Source of the DNA: Halobacteriovoraceae bacterium
GTDB taxonomy: Bacteria > Bdellovibrionota > Bacteriovoracia > Bacteriovoracales > Bacteriovoracaceae
Length of the DNA stretch: 64,000 bases
Assembly (NCBI GenBank): GCA_963719505.1
Contig: CAVRCF010000001.1
Coordinates: 640,001-704,000, forward strand
Direction: 5' to 3'
Part shown: piece after piece, positions 55,141 to 64,000 of the stretch
How the letters are laid out: every line of letters begins with the position of its first letter
Position numbering within the stretch: position 1 is the first letter of the stretch
Made by a program: the position numbers and the translations under genes
Notes under the pieces: model-generated
The model's database searches: none
The model's input: the letters and a program-made list of their open reading frames with translations, nothing else
Told to the model about the DNA's origin: nothing

Positions 55141-57783
55141 ATGAAGAAAAGACTTATCATTGTTGATATTAGTAGTTTTATATTTCGCGCCTTCTTTGCG
55201 ATAAGACCTATGACAACTCCAAAGGGCGAGCCAGTAAATGCCGTTTATGGTGTTCTATCAATGCTCTCTAAATTAATTACCGCTTATGATCCAAGTCATA
55301 TTGTTCTCGCAAGGGACACCAGTGGTGGTTCTTTTCGAAATGAAATTTATCCTGAATACAAAGCAAACCGTGGAGCTCCACCTGATGATCTGATTCCTCA
55401 GTTTGCGATGATAAATAAACTAATAGAGGTAATGAAAATACCAAATATTGTGATGCCGGGATTCGAAGCCGACGACCTCATTGGCTCGCTTGCTGTTCAG
55501 ATGAAAGACTCCTTTGACGAGGTTCTTATTGCCTCAGGTGATAAAGATCTTATGCAGTTTGTAGATGATAAAGTAAAAATGCTCGATACCATGAAAGATA
55601 AAACTTATGGACGAGACGAAGTCAAAGAGAAAATGGGTGTGTGGCCTGAGCAGGTCATGGATTATCTCTCTTTAATCGGGGATGCATCTGATAATATTCC
55701 TGGAGTCAAAGGAATTGGAGCAAAGGGAGCCAGCAAACTCCTTGAGGAATTCCCAACTCTTGATGAGCTTATTAAAAATATTGATAAGATCTCGAACAAA
55801 AGAGCGAAGACGGCTCTTGAAAAAGGAATTGAGTCTGCTCACCTTTCTAAAAAATTAGTCGCCATTGTCCAAAACTTGGAACTTAAAATGGAGCCCAAAG
55901 ATCTTGCTTACTCATTAGAGCCAAATGATGAGCTTCTCGAATATTTAGATGAACTGAATTTTAAGTCATTTCGAAATAAGTTAAAAACAAATAGCACTGC
56001 ACTTATTGAAAAACCCAATACATTTGTAAAATACGATACGGTTAAAGATGAGAAGAAATGGAGTAAGGTTTTAGAGCTTGTGGAAAAACATGACTCTCTT
56101 TTCATGGATTGCGTCTTTCAAGGTGAAAGCTATCATGACCTTAGCCCCTTTGCATTTTCTCTATCAGTTGGAGAGTCGAATTTTGTGATTTATCCAGAGG
56201 GGTTAAAATCTTTTACTGAGCTTATGATGGATATCCTCCATAGCAGTAAGACGATACTTATTTCCTCGAACAATATTAAACCGATTATTTGTTGTGCTTT
56301 TTCTAAAGAGTATGTCATTCCCAACCCTCTTTTTGATTGCTCTCAAGCCCACTTTATTCTTGATGCTGATAAAAAACATGACCTAGCAACAATCGTCGAG
56401 GAGACGCTGAGAGAGAAAGTTCTGACCCTTAAAGAGCTTTCTAAAGAGAGTCTCGAGCAGGAGCAATCTGTTAGAAATTTTGAATACGCACTTGCAAGGC
56501 GTTCTTACTTTGGTATCCGCTCATATCCTTGGTTGATGAAAAGGTTGCAGGAAGAATCCCTTGAGGAACTCTACCAGACAATGGATCTTCCTTTAATCAC
56601 GATCCTTGCAGAAATGGAAATGAGAGGAATTGACCTTGATGTTAATTTCTTTGAAAAAGTAGAAAAAAACTTTCAAAAGCAAGTTGATGATATCGATGCT
56701 GAAATTCAAAAAACAGCCGGTGGAGAAGTTAATCTAAAATCTCCAAAGCAAGTGAGTGGTCTTTTATTTGAGCAACTTGGCTTACCAATAATTAAAAAAA
56801 CTAAAACGGGTGCCTCTACAGATTCAAGTGTATTGGAAACTCTCGCTAATATGGGGGAGAGTGATATTCCGGCCATGATAATTAAATATAGAGAGATAGA
56901 GAAATTACTTTCTACTTATGTGAAGACGCTTCCTAAGATGATCGATGTAAAAGGAAAAATACATTCTCACTTCAATCAAAATATTGCCTCAACCGGAAGA
57001 CTTTCAAGTGATAAACCAAATCTCCAAAATATTCCGATTCGATCAGAGAATGGAAGAATGCTGCGAAAGGGTTTTGTTCCAGAACCAGGCTGTGTTTTAT
57101 TGGGAGCTGACTATTCTCAGGTTGAGCTTAGAATACTGGCCCACTTCTCTGAAGATGATACGATGATTAAGGCCTTTAATAATAATGAAGATATTCACGC
57201 GCAAACAGCAGCTGAAGTTATGGGGATCGACCTTAAAGATGTGACAAGTGATCTTCGTTCTCAGGCTAAAGCTGTAAACTTTGGACTTATGTATGGTCAA
57301 GGAGCCTTCGGTCTTTCTCAACAACTGGGAATTTCAAGAGGAGAGGCGCAAAGCTATATAACGTCCTACTTTGAAAATTTTAGCAAAGTAAAAGCCTTTC
57401 TTGATACTTTAAAGGAAGATTGCGAAGCTAAGGGCTATACGGAAACACTCTTTGGAAGAAAAAGAGTCCTTAAAGATATCAATTCATCAAATCGCCAGAT
57501 GAAGTCAATGGCTGAAAGGATGGCGATTAATACGCCAATTCAAGGAACCGCTGCTGATATTATAAAGAAAGCAATGTTAACCATTGATAAAGAAATGAAA
57601 GCAAATAACCTTAAGTCTAAGATGCTTCTTCAGGTTCACGATGAACTGATCTTTAACATACCTGAAGATGAAGTCGAAATGATGAAAATTTTAGTAAAGG
57701 ATAATATGGAAAATGTCGTTACCCTTAAAGTACCTTTGAAGGTGGATATGGGTGTAGGTAACGACTGGTTTGAATTAAAGTGA
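55141..57783 (+). CDS. polA: DNA polymerase I
   Basis: 5'-3' exonuclease (YKANR, EADD, GDASDNIPG); polymerase motifs ADYSQVELR, AKAVNFG..YG, LQVHDEL. Confidence 0.97.
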   Translation: MKKRLIIVDISSFIFRAFFAIRPMTTPKGEPVNAVYGVLSMLSKLITAYDPSHIVLARDTSGGSFRNEIYPEYKANRGAPPDDLIPQFAMINKLIEVMKIPNIVMPGFEADDLIGSLAVQMKDSFDEVLIASGDKDLMQFVDDKVKMLDTMKDKTYGRDEVKEKMGVWPEQVMDYLSLIGDASDNIPGVKGIGAKGASKLLEEFPTLDELIKNIDKISNKRAKTALEKGIESAHLSKKLVAIVQNLELKMEPKDLAYSLEPNDELLEYLDELNFKSFRNKLKTNSTALIEKPNTFVKYDTVKDEKKWSKVLELVEKHDSLFMDCVFQGESYHDLSPFAFSLSVGESNFVIYPEGLKSFTELMMDILHSSKTILISSNNIKPIICCAFSKEYVIPNPLFDCSQAHFILDADKKHDLATIVEETLREKVLTLKELSKESLEQEQSVRNFEYALARRSYFGIRSYPWLMKRLQEESLEELYQTMDLPLITILAEMEMRGIDLDVNFFEKVEKNFQKQVDDIDAEIQKTAGGEVNLKSPKQVSGLLFEQLGLPIIKKTKTGASTDSSVLETLANMGESDIPAMIIKYREIEKLLSTYVKTLPKMIDVKGKIHSHFNQNIASTGRLSSDKPNLQNIPIRSENGRMLRKGFVPEPGCVLLGADYSQVELRILAHFSEDDTMIKAFNNNEDIHAQTAAEVMGIDLKDVTSDLRSQAKAVNFGLMYGQGAFGLSQQLGISRGEAQSYITSYFENFSKVKAFLDTLKEDCEAKGYTETLFGRKRVLKDINSSNRQMKSMAERMAINTPIQGTAADIIKKAMLTIDKEMKANNLKSKMLLQVHDELIFNIPEDEVEMMKILVKDNMENVVTLKVPLKVDMGVGNDWFELK

Positions 57784-58173
57784 CCTATTTCCTTTATCAA
57801 CAGCTTCAATGGAGTCAAGATTTAGTTCAGAGCATCCACTAAAGACATCTTTTGTTGTGTTAAATGAATTCGCGTTAAGAAAAACTTTCTCAATCATTGA
57901 TCTTCTATCTGTGTTCTCAAGCCTTGTCCAAAAACGGGTTGCCGAAGTGACAGAAAAGCTAATCTTTTTTCCTGCTTTGAAAACTCTATTGCGAACAACA
58001 GGTGACACCTCTAGGAGTACGCCACAAGATGTTCTCACTTCTATAACATTAGCTGGGATGAAGATATCCTGAGTGGTAGAGATGTGAACGAGATCTCCCT
58101 CTAAGAATCTTGAGTCATAAGCGAAGGCTGAAAATGCCATCATAAAAGAGAGTAAAATAAATAAATTCTTCAT
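57775..58173 (-). CDS. Small secreted hypothetical protein
   Basis: Signal peptide ending AFA; RBS AAGGA. Confidence 0.7.
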   Translation of the reverse strand: MKNLFILLSFMMAFSAFAYDSRFLEGDLVHISTTQDIFIPANVIEVRTSCGVLLEVSPVVRNRVFKAGKKISFSVTSATRFWTRLENTDRRSMIEKVFLNANSFNTTKDVFSGCSELNLDSIEAVDKGNRSL

Positions 58174-58258
58174 TCTTTTTTCCTTATTGAGTTTCCTCCA
58201 TCATAAAGGAAAACCCAACTTAATTGGGAAATAGAGGAGAATGAGTGAAATATTTACC

Positions 58259-59616
58259 TGTATAAAGATTCGACAATTATGTCCTATCCTGTTGTTTCTG
58301 GGCAATTATGTCCGGTTAATTTCTGAGCGATTATGTCCTATCAGACTTTAAGCGCTTTTTCTGTGTTTCGACTTATCACCATAGTCACTTAATCTTTTCC
58401 TATTACTAACTTTACATTGAACTTTTCTGCCCATCACATCGAAGCTGTAGCTTCCATCAAGGTGAATATTTATATTGATTTCTCGTCCATAGAAACACCT
58501 TTTTTCATCCAACACCCAAGTCACATTCTCCCAACTAAATACATTTCCAACCATAATTTTTCGCCTAATCTTTTTACAAAATATAATATCTAGGTCTCCA
58601 AAAACATTTTTTCTCCAGGCTTTTTCTTCTTCTTCTTCGGCTTTGACTGAGAATTGAAAATTGTATGCAGGAATAAAAATCTCTTTTAAGTAATAATTGG
58701 CTTCTTCAATATTTGTTATGTGATTAAATTCTAACTCCGCTACCAGTCTGTCTTGGAATGTTCTCCAGAGTCTCTCTATTCTTCCCTTTGCTTGAGAAGA
58801 ACCTGCTAAGATTAATTGAATTCCTGTTTGATCAAATGCTCTCGAAATTTGTGATTCCCACTCGCGCTCTTTCTTACCATAAATACCTGCTTGGTCCATA
58901 TAGAAACTTTCTGGCAATCCATAGTTATCAACGATCTCCCTAATCACCTTCAGAGAGTTATTTGACGTCTCTCCATAGAAAAATTCAGCACCAACAACAA
59001 TCCCGGTAGCATCATCAATTCCTCCAATCAAATCAGTTCTTTCATCACCGAACCAAGTATGATCACTTCCATCAAACTGAATCATCATCCCTTCTTTTGG
59101 AAGTCTTGCTCTTGGTTTATGGCACCGTCTTCCTCTTCGTTTAGGATGTTTTACAAGGCAATGTTTCCTAGCAATTGAGTGAAGTGCATCTTTTTTGATT
59201 TTAATTTCCTCATACTCTTCTATCTTTTCTCGAAAATGAGTTAGATTAAAGTTTCGATATTGATTTTTTAGAAGAGAGACTATTTTTTCTTCAACTTCGA
59301 ATGGAGTTTTATTGTGAGGAGTTCGATTAATGTTTCCATGTAAGACACCAATCGAACCCTTGGCCTTAACTTTATTGATAATTCTCTGAGATTGTCGATA
59401 CGATTTTCCAATCTGTTCAGAGAAGGAAATTATAGTTAACTTACCTTCAATAACATCCATGGCCAGGCGATACTGCTTCAATTCTTTTTGTGACATAGTG
59501 ACTTTTCCCATTCAATTCCCCTAATAACTGATTGGAATCAGGGTACATAAATATTATTGAATAGGACATAATCGCTGAGAAATAAGGATAGGACATAATC
59601 GTCTAGTTTCTATACA
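58259..59616 (-). mobile_element. IS1202-like (formerly ISNCY) insertion sequence, 1358 bp
   Basis: TGT...ACA ends; imperfect ~32-bp IR TGTATAnAnAnTnGACnATTATGTCCTATCCT; ATTATGTCC subterminal repeats at 58276, 58305, 58330 and inverted at 59564, 59591. Confidence 0.88.
58348..59511 (-). CDS. DDE transposase (IS1202/ISNCY type)
   Basis: N-terminal HTH, QFDGS.H.WF, IDDATG, YMDQ, KGRIERLWRTFQDRL. Confidence 0.92.
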   Translation of the reverse strand: MGKVTMSQKELKQYRLAMDVIEGKLTIISFSEQIGKSYRQSQRIINKVKAKGSIGVLHGNINRTPHNKTPFEVEEKIVSLLKNQYRNFNLTHFREKIEEYEEIKIKKDALHSIARKHCLVKHPKRRGRRCHKPRARLPKEGMMIQFDGSDHTWFGDERTDLIGGIDDATGIVVGAEFFYGETSNNSLKVIREIVDNYGLPESFYMDQAGIYGKKEREWESQISRAFDQTGIQLILAGSSQAKGRIERLWRTFQDRLVAELEFNHITNIEEANYYLKEIFIPAYNFQFSVKAEEEEEKAWRKNVFGDLDIIFCKKIRRKIMVGNVFSWENVTWVLDEKRCFYGREININIHLDGSYSFDVMGRKVQCKVSNRKRLSDYGDKSKHRKSA

Positions 59617-59645
59617 GTTTTAGCATCACCCCAAAAGAACGGGGT

Positions 59646-59674
59646 AAAAAAAAAGCTCCACATAAAGTGGAGCC
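59646..59674 (-). terminator. Intrinsic terminator of ahpC
   Basis: Minus strand GCTCCAC-tttat-GTGGAGC then T9. Confidence 0.8.
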
Positions 59675-59700
59675 TTCTTCAATCTTAATTAAAAATCAAA

Positions 59701-60288
59701 CTATTTGTTGTTTGAAAGGTACTCAGCAACACCAGCCGCAGTTGGCTTCATTGCTTTTTCACCTTTCTTCCAGTTTGCTGGACAAACTTCTCCATGCTCT
59801 TCAACATACTGAAGGGCATCGACAACTCTAAGAGCTTCATCTACGTTTCTTCCTAATGGAAGATCGTTGATTGTTGAGTGTCTAACAATACCTTTTTTAT
59901 CGATCAAGAATAGTCCTCTAAGAGCAACTTCTTCTCCGAAAAGTACACCGTAATCTCTTGCGATACTTTTTGATTTGTCAGCAATTAGTGGGTAGCTGAT
60001 TTCGCCAATTCCACCTTTTTCTACTGGTGTATTTCTCCAAGCAAAGTGAGAAAATTCAGAGTCAACTGAACAACCTAAAAGTTGAACGCCTCTTTCTTTA
60101 AACTCATCATTCTTTTTGCTGAAAGCAATAATTTCTGAAGGACAAACAAATGTAAAATCTAGAGGATAAAAATAAAGAATAACTTCTTTACCTTTATAAT
60201 CCGATAAACTTACTTCTTTGATCTCTCCGTTTTCCATTACTGCAGTCGCTTTGAAATCCGGTGCTGGTTTTGTTACTAATGATGTCAT
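59701..60288 (-). CDS. ahpC: 2-Cys peroxiredoxin
   Basis: [13 protein letters not shown] and [17 protein letters not shown] before ATG 60288. Confidence 0.95.
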   Translation of the reverse strand: MTSLVTKPAPDFKATAVMENGEIKEVSLSDYKGKEVILYFYPLDFTFVCPSEIIAFSKKNDEFKERGVQLLGCSVDSEFSHFAWRNTPVEKGGIGEISYPLIADKSKSIARDYGVLFGEEVALRGLFLIDKKGIVRHSTINDLPLGRNVDEALRVVDALQYVEEHGEVCPANWKKGEKAMKPTAAGVAEYLSNNK

Positions 60289-60351
60289 AATATCTCCTTG
60301 GTGATAGTTATTTTCTTTAGTCATTATTGATGAAAATCTAGCATAATCATA

Positions 60352-60388
60352 ATTGAAAATCTCTATTTGGGTAATAGGTAAAATCTAT
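60352..60388. promoter_or_regulatory. OxyR binding site upstream of ahpC
   Basis: ATTG-N7-CTAT-N7-ATAG-N7-CTAT, 15/16 match to ATAG-N7-CTAT-N7-ATAG-N7-CTAT. Confidence 0.85.
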
Positions 60389-60423
60389 CGTCTAAGTCTT
60401 TGTAATCGTTTAGGGTGATCGCG

Positions 60424-61374
60424 TTATTCTCGACCAATTTCAATAACTTCTTGCCCTTTAGGGTTAAAGTCTCTTAAATCATCTGGGACAACGGCTAAAA
60501 TTTCTTCCTCGAGAGCACCCATCACTTTCAGCTTAACGCAGTGTTTGCTGTGCACGAGAGAAACTTCTCGCGTTGGTATTGGTCTGACAAATGGCCTTAA
60601 AAGTTTCTTTTGTGAGCTTGGCAGTTGTTTTGTGGCCATGTCTGGCAGGAGAGTATAGCCAGAGCCTGTCAGCACCATATTCTTTAAGGTTTCAAAATTA
60701 CCTGATTCGAAGTTAATAGGATTCTTCGGACCATTGGGATCTCTTTTTTGACACAGCTTTAGCACTTGATCTCTAAAACAATTTCCTTTGTTGAGAAGCC
60801 ATATTTCATTGATATCTAGAAATTCCTCTTTTATTTTTGCTTTCTTACTTAGAGGGTGGTCTGGAGAGACAAATAGATGAAAGGGCTCGTAGTAGAGAAC
60901 TTTCTCGACAATACTTTTTTCGTGAAGAGGTGTGACAAGAATACCGGCATCTATCTCATCACTTTTTAGAAGTTCAATAATCTCTTCTGTTTTATTTTCC
61001 GTAATCATAAGATTCACTTTTGGAAACTTCGTTGTAAATTCCTGAATAAAAAGTGGGATAATAAAAGGACTGAGAGTCGGGATGACAGAGAGTCTAAAGT
61101 CTCCAGTGATTTCACCTTTGCTCTCGTCTATAATACTAAAGAGTTTGTTTTGTTCAAAGATGATAACACGAGCTTGCTCTATAATGGCACGTCCTTCATC
61201 GGTTGGTTGAATCGGAGACTTTGAGCGATCGAAGATTGTCACTTGGAGCTCATCCTCTAGTTTTTGAAGTTGCATGCTAAGAGTGGGTTGTGTCACAAAA
61301 CAACTCTCGGCAGCTCTGCCGAAGTGTTGATGCTTGTTAACGGCCAATACATATTCTAATTGTGTCAAAGTCAT
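60424..61374 (-). CDS. oxyR: H2O2-sensing LysR regulator
   Basis: HFGRAAESCFVTQPTLS; GNCFRDQVLKLC redox Cys pair; adjacent to ahpC. Confidence 0.92.
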   Translation of the reverse strand: MTLTQLEYVLAVNKHQHFGRAAESCFVTQPTLSMQLQKLEDELQVTIFDRSKSPIQPTDEGRAIIEQARVIIFEQNKLFSIIDESKGEITGDFRLSVIPTLSPFIIPLFIQEFTTKFPKVNLMITENKTEEIIELLKSDEIDAGILVTPLHEKSIVEKVLYYEPFHLFVSPDHPLSKKAKIKEEFLDINEIWLLNKGNCFRDQVLKLCQKRDPNGPKNPINFESGNFETLKNMVLTGSGYTLLPDMATKQLPSSQKKLLRPFVRPIPTREVSLVHSKHCVKLKVMGALEEEILAVVPDDLRDFNPKGQEVIEIGRE

Positions 61375-61434
61375 TTCGAAATCATAGCAAAAGATAAGTA
61401 GATGTAAAATATCAAATAGGATAAACTGATCGGT

Positions 61435-62310
61435 ATGAACGCGTCAATTCTTGCTCTAATGGCCAACTTTAGCTTCGCACTTGGATCACAATTCTTTACT
61501 CATTTTACGAGGATCTATTCATCGACTTGGATGAATACATTTAAAGCTCTCGCTGCCGGAGCTGGTTTTCTTTTAACCGTTCTTTTGACGACTGGATTTA
61601 ATCCTATAACGAATTTAGGTTTTACCTTCTTTCTGGTCTCGGGAGCTGTTGGTTTGGGGATCGGAGATATTTTTTTATTAAAAGCGTTTGGTGAGATCGG
61701 TCCAGGTAGGACAATGGTCATCTTTGGATTTCATCCTATTATTGTGGGTGTCTTTTCATTTTTCATTTTCTCTCAGCAAGTAGAGACTCATAAGCTTTGG
61801 GGAATATTCTTCTTTATTATCTGCTTAATTATTTTTTCACTAGAGAGTTTTAGGGCGACAAAGCAGTGGAGGTTTAAAGGATTGATCTTTGCTTTTTCTG
61901 GAATGGTTCTCGATGCAGGGGGAGTGCTCCTGACTCGCTATTCATTTGATGCTAATCCCGCGACAACTCCTCTTGAAGGGAATTTTTATCGCTGTATTGG
62001 AGCGGTGATTGTATACCTTATTATTAGAAAGTTTTCACCCTTTCATTTTAGGGCCCGCTTAAAGTCGATGAGTAATAAAGCCCTTCTCTTTTTGTGTATG
62101 GGTGCTTTTTTTGGAACTTATTTATCTTTAATGCTTTATCTTCAAGCCATTCAGATCGCAGAGAGTTTGGCCCTCATCTCTTCAATCTCGATTACTTCCG
62201 TTATTTTCTCATCGACCTTTGAGTGCATATGGGAGAAGAAAGCGCCGTCGGGCTACCTTCTTCTCGCATTTATATCATTTTTGGTTGGAACTTACTTTAC
62301 TTTAGGCTAG
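61435..62310 (+). CDS. EamA/DMT family transporter
   Basis: About 10 TM in two repeats; SG.VGLGIGD.F...AF..IGP. Confidence 0.85.
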   Translation: MNASILALMANFSFALGSQFFTHFTRIYSSTWMNTFKALAAGAGFLLTVLLTTGFNPITNLGFTFFLVSGAVGLGIGDIFLLKAFGEIGPGRTMVIFGFHPIIVGVFSFFIFSQQVETHKLWGIFFFIICLIIFSLESFRATKQWRFKGLIFAFSGMVLDAGGVLLTRYSFDANPATTPLEGNFYRCIGAVIVYLIIRKFSPFHFRARLKSMSNKALLFLCMGAFFGTYLSLMLYLQAIQIAESLALISSISITSVIFSSTFECIWEKKAPSGYLLLAFISFLVGTYFTLG

Positions 62311-63656
62311 AGAATCGATTGTATCTCAGCCTGGGTATAACTAGGGTGGTAAGGATTTGGTGGAAGAACTGCTGGAGCTCTTCCTTTTGACTGATCACCT
62401 TTTCCAAAAATGTATCGATCAAAGTCTTCTTGTAAATCGAGTCCAGAGTATTCCTCAATATCTGAAATAAAGTCAGCAGTCGTGACTGTCGTAAACTTTC
62501 TCTTTTCAAAGTATTGCCTCAAAAAATCCTTGAGACCAGGCTTTCCAGCTTTGATGAGTTTGTAACTCATATAAGAGAAAAAGGATCTTCCTTTCTCATA
62601 AGAATTATCATCTGTTTTTCTTGTATAGATATTATGAGCTCCCAAATTAAAACTATGGTAATTTGGTGAACTGTAAGTCTTATGTCCTTTATCTCGCCAT
62701 GAGGCTATTCCTTCGTCCATCCATCCGGAGTTTCCATCTGCAGGTTGAAGACCTTTGGCAAAATAGGCATGTTGTAGCTCATGTCCCAGAGCCACCAAAG
62801 AAGTTGCTGTTGCACCGGCATATTCCATACCACCTTTTAACTTGGTTCCGTAAATAACTAAGCTTTTATGAGGCCATGGTCCATAGTCATTTTCAAGTTC
62901 TCTTAGAATCTTAAAAGTCTGTCTTTTAAAAATCCAATTTCTCATTCTGTACTTTGAGTAAATTGTAATAGGAAATACATTTCCATTAATTGATCTGTAT
63001 TTTAGCCTAAGACGCCAAAACTTTGATTTAGGCACAAGGTGAAAATACAGACTAGATGAGGTATAAAAATCTGGATAGGTAATTCTGATATGATTTTTTT
63101 CAACTTCAACAACATCTCCATTAGCAAAAACGTTGTGAGCGATATTGGTTCCTGTGACTTTCACATTAAAAGTCATCTGGTATTGATCATATTCATAGTT
63201 TGAGGCGACAAATCTTTCAAGGAACATTCTGTCGGTTAAATCTTTTATGAAGAAGCCCGATGATACTGCTTGCTTCCCAAACGCGAGACCATGGATAATA
63301 GGAGTCTTTATTGTCATGGTGTGAAAGCCTGCAGTCACTTCTTTATTAATATAGCGCACGAATGTGACTCCTCCTGGAACAGGAGTATAACCATGATCAA
63401 CTTTCCTTCCATCTAAAAGAACTTCAGAAGGGGTTGCTACAGAATCAAAAATAGCTAAACCATTTTCAAGAACTTCAAAGTTTATATGTGTGATAGCGGT
63501 GGCTTCGTCTTTTTCATTGTCATAAGTGAGGTCGTAATTCGCAGATGTAAAGTCAACAAAGACTGCTTTCCCATCAGGTGTTTGAAAACTAGGAGGGGCT
63601 TGTTCGATCCCAGCAAAAGAGAGTGCGCAAAAAATGAGTAAGAATAAAAATTTCAT
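62307..63656 (-). CDS. Secreted M1-like zinc aminopeptidase
   Basis: Signal peptide; GGMEY, HELQH, WMDEG, YEKG. Confidence 0.82.
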   Translation of the reverse strand: MKFLFLLIFCALSFAGIEQAPPSFQTPDGKAVFVDFTSANYDLTYDNEKDEATAITHINFEVLENGLAIFDSVATPSEVLLDGRKVDHGYTPVPGGVTFVRYINKEVTAGFHTMTIKTPIIHGLAFGKQAVSSGFFIKDLTDRMFLERFVASNYEYDQYQMTFNVKVTGTNIAHNVFANGDVVEVEKNHIRITYPDFYTSSSLYFHLVPKSKFWRLRLKYRSINGNVFPITIYSKYRMRNWIFKRQTFKILRELENDYGPWPHKSLVIYGTKLKGGMEYAGATATSLVALGHELQHAYFAKGLQPADGNSGWMDEGIASWRDKGHKTYSSPNYHSFNLGAHNIYTRKTDDNSYEKGRSFFSYMSYKLIKAGKPGLKDFLRQYFEKRKFTTVTTADFISDIEEYSGLDLQEDFDRYIFGKGDQSKGRAPAVLPPNPYHPSYTQAEIQSIL

Positions 63657-64000
63657 TTATAGCTCCTTCGTTTTTGATTTCATCATCTTTCTTTTGATAC
63701 AGGCCCTGTTGAGAAGCCAAGAGAATGTTGATTTTCTTGTTCTTCCAAAAGTATATTCGGGGTGAAATTGAACCCCAAGTACTGGCCTATTTGAAAACTC
63801 AATAACTTCAGCTATTGTGTTTCCATTTGAGATCGCAGTGACTTCAAGTTGTGGCCATTGATCCTTTCTCTCATTATAGTAGTCAAGTCTTAACCCTTGA
63901 TGGTGAAGTTCTACGGCTCTAAACATCGTTCTTCTTTGGAGAGACTTTATGAGTGAGTCATCTTTTGTGATTCTAATTCTATCGATCGTGTATCTTCTAT
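63657..64000 (-). CDS. Class I glutamine amidotransferase-like (peptidase C26/PuuD-like) protein, 5' truncated by window edge
   Basis: HHQG, LGVQFHPE; frame stays open to base 64000. Confidence 0.75.
   Translation of the reverse strand, partial: RRYTIDRIRITKDDSLIKSLQRRTMFRAVELHHQGLRLDYYNERKDQWPQLEVTAISNGNTIAEVIEFSNRPVLGVQFHPEYTFGRTRKSTFSWLLNRACIKRKMMKSKTKEL

Noticed and set aside
58276-58338. Three spaced ATTATGTCC repeats resembling a mini-array
   Set aside because: Explained as IS subterminal transposase-binding repeats, mirrored at the other end
58620-58640. Short GAA trinucleotide run (poly-Glu) in the transposase as a phase-variable tract
   Set aside because: Short and in frame; length change would not switch expression
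1-64000. Many 60-130 aa ORFs in the track nested in or antisense to long genes
   Set aside because: Shadow frames of well-supported genes with no motifs or RBS
1-64000. CRISPR arrays, tRNA, rRNA, prophage
   Set aside because: No repeat-spacer periodicity, cloverleaf or phage genes seen; intergenic gaps are short

Overview
AT-rich, gene-dense bacterial chromosome segment. The gene content (a complete Agl-Glt gliding cluster, many Cys-rich secreted proteins and lipoproteins, AddAB, a fused 2-oxoacid E1) suggests a predatory Bdellovibrionota such as Bacteriovoracaceae/Halobacteriovorax; this is inference. Housekeeping genes include fabI, valS, hisS, hslO, addAB, gmhA, trxA, polA, ahpC and oxyR. 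The window also holds a putative aromatic amino-acid catabolic operon whose lead aminotransferase carries three frameshifts, one IS1202-like element with no visible target duplication, and no rRNA, tRNA or CRISPR. Best candidates for something undescribed: (1) a secreted caspase-like (clan CD) His/Cys protease with a small secreted partner, whose start codon lies inside a perfect 12-bp inverted repeat (1.3-3.5 kb); (2) a candidate sigma28-driven structured sRNA directly followed by a consensus sigma54 promoter (28.35-28.6 kb); (3) a three-gene module of Cys-nucleophile hydrolase, Zn-PLC-like protein and cholesterol-oxidase-like GMC (28.8-33.3 kb); (4) AddAB with four Fe-S-type cysteines in both subunits; (5) two unannotated small ORFs with Shine-Dalgarno sites. 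All family calls come from motif recognition by eye; no database searches were run.
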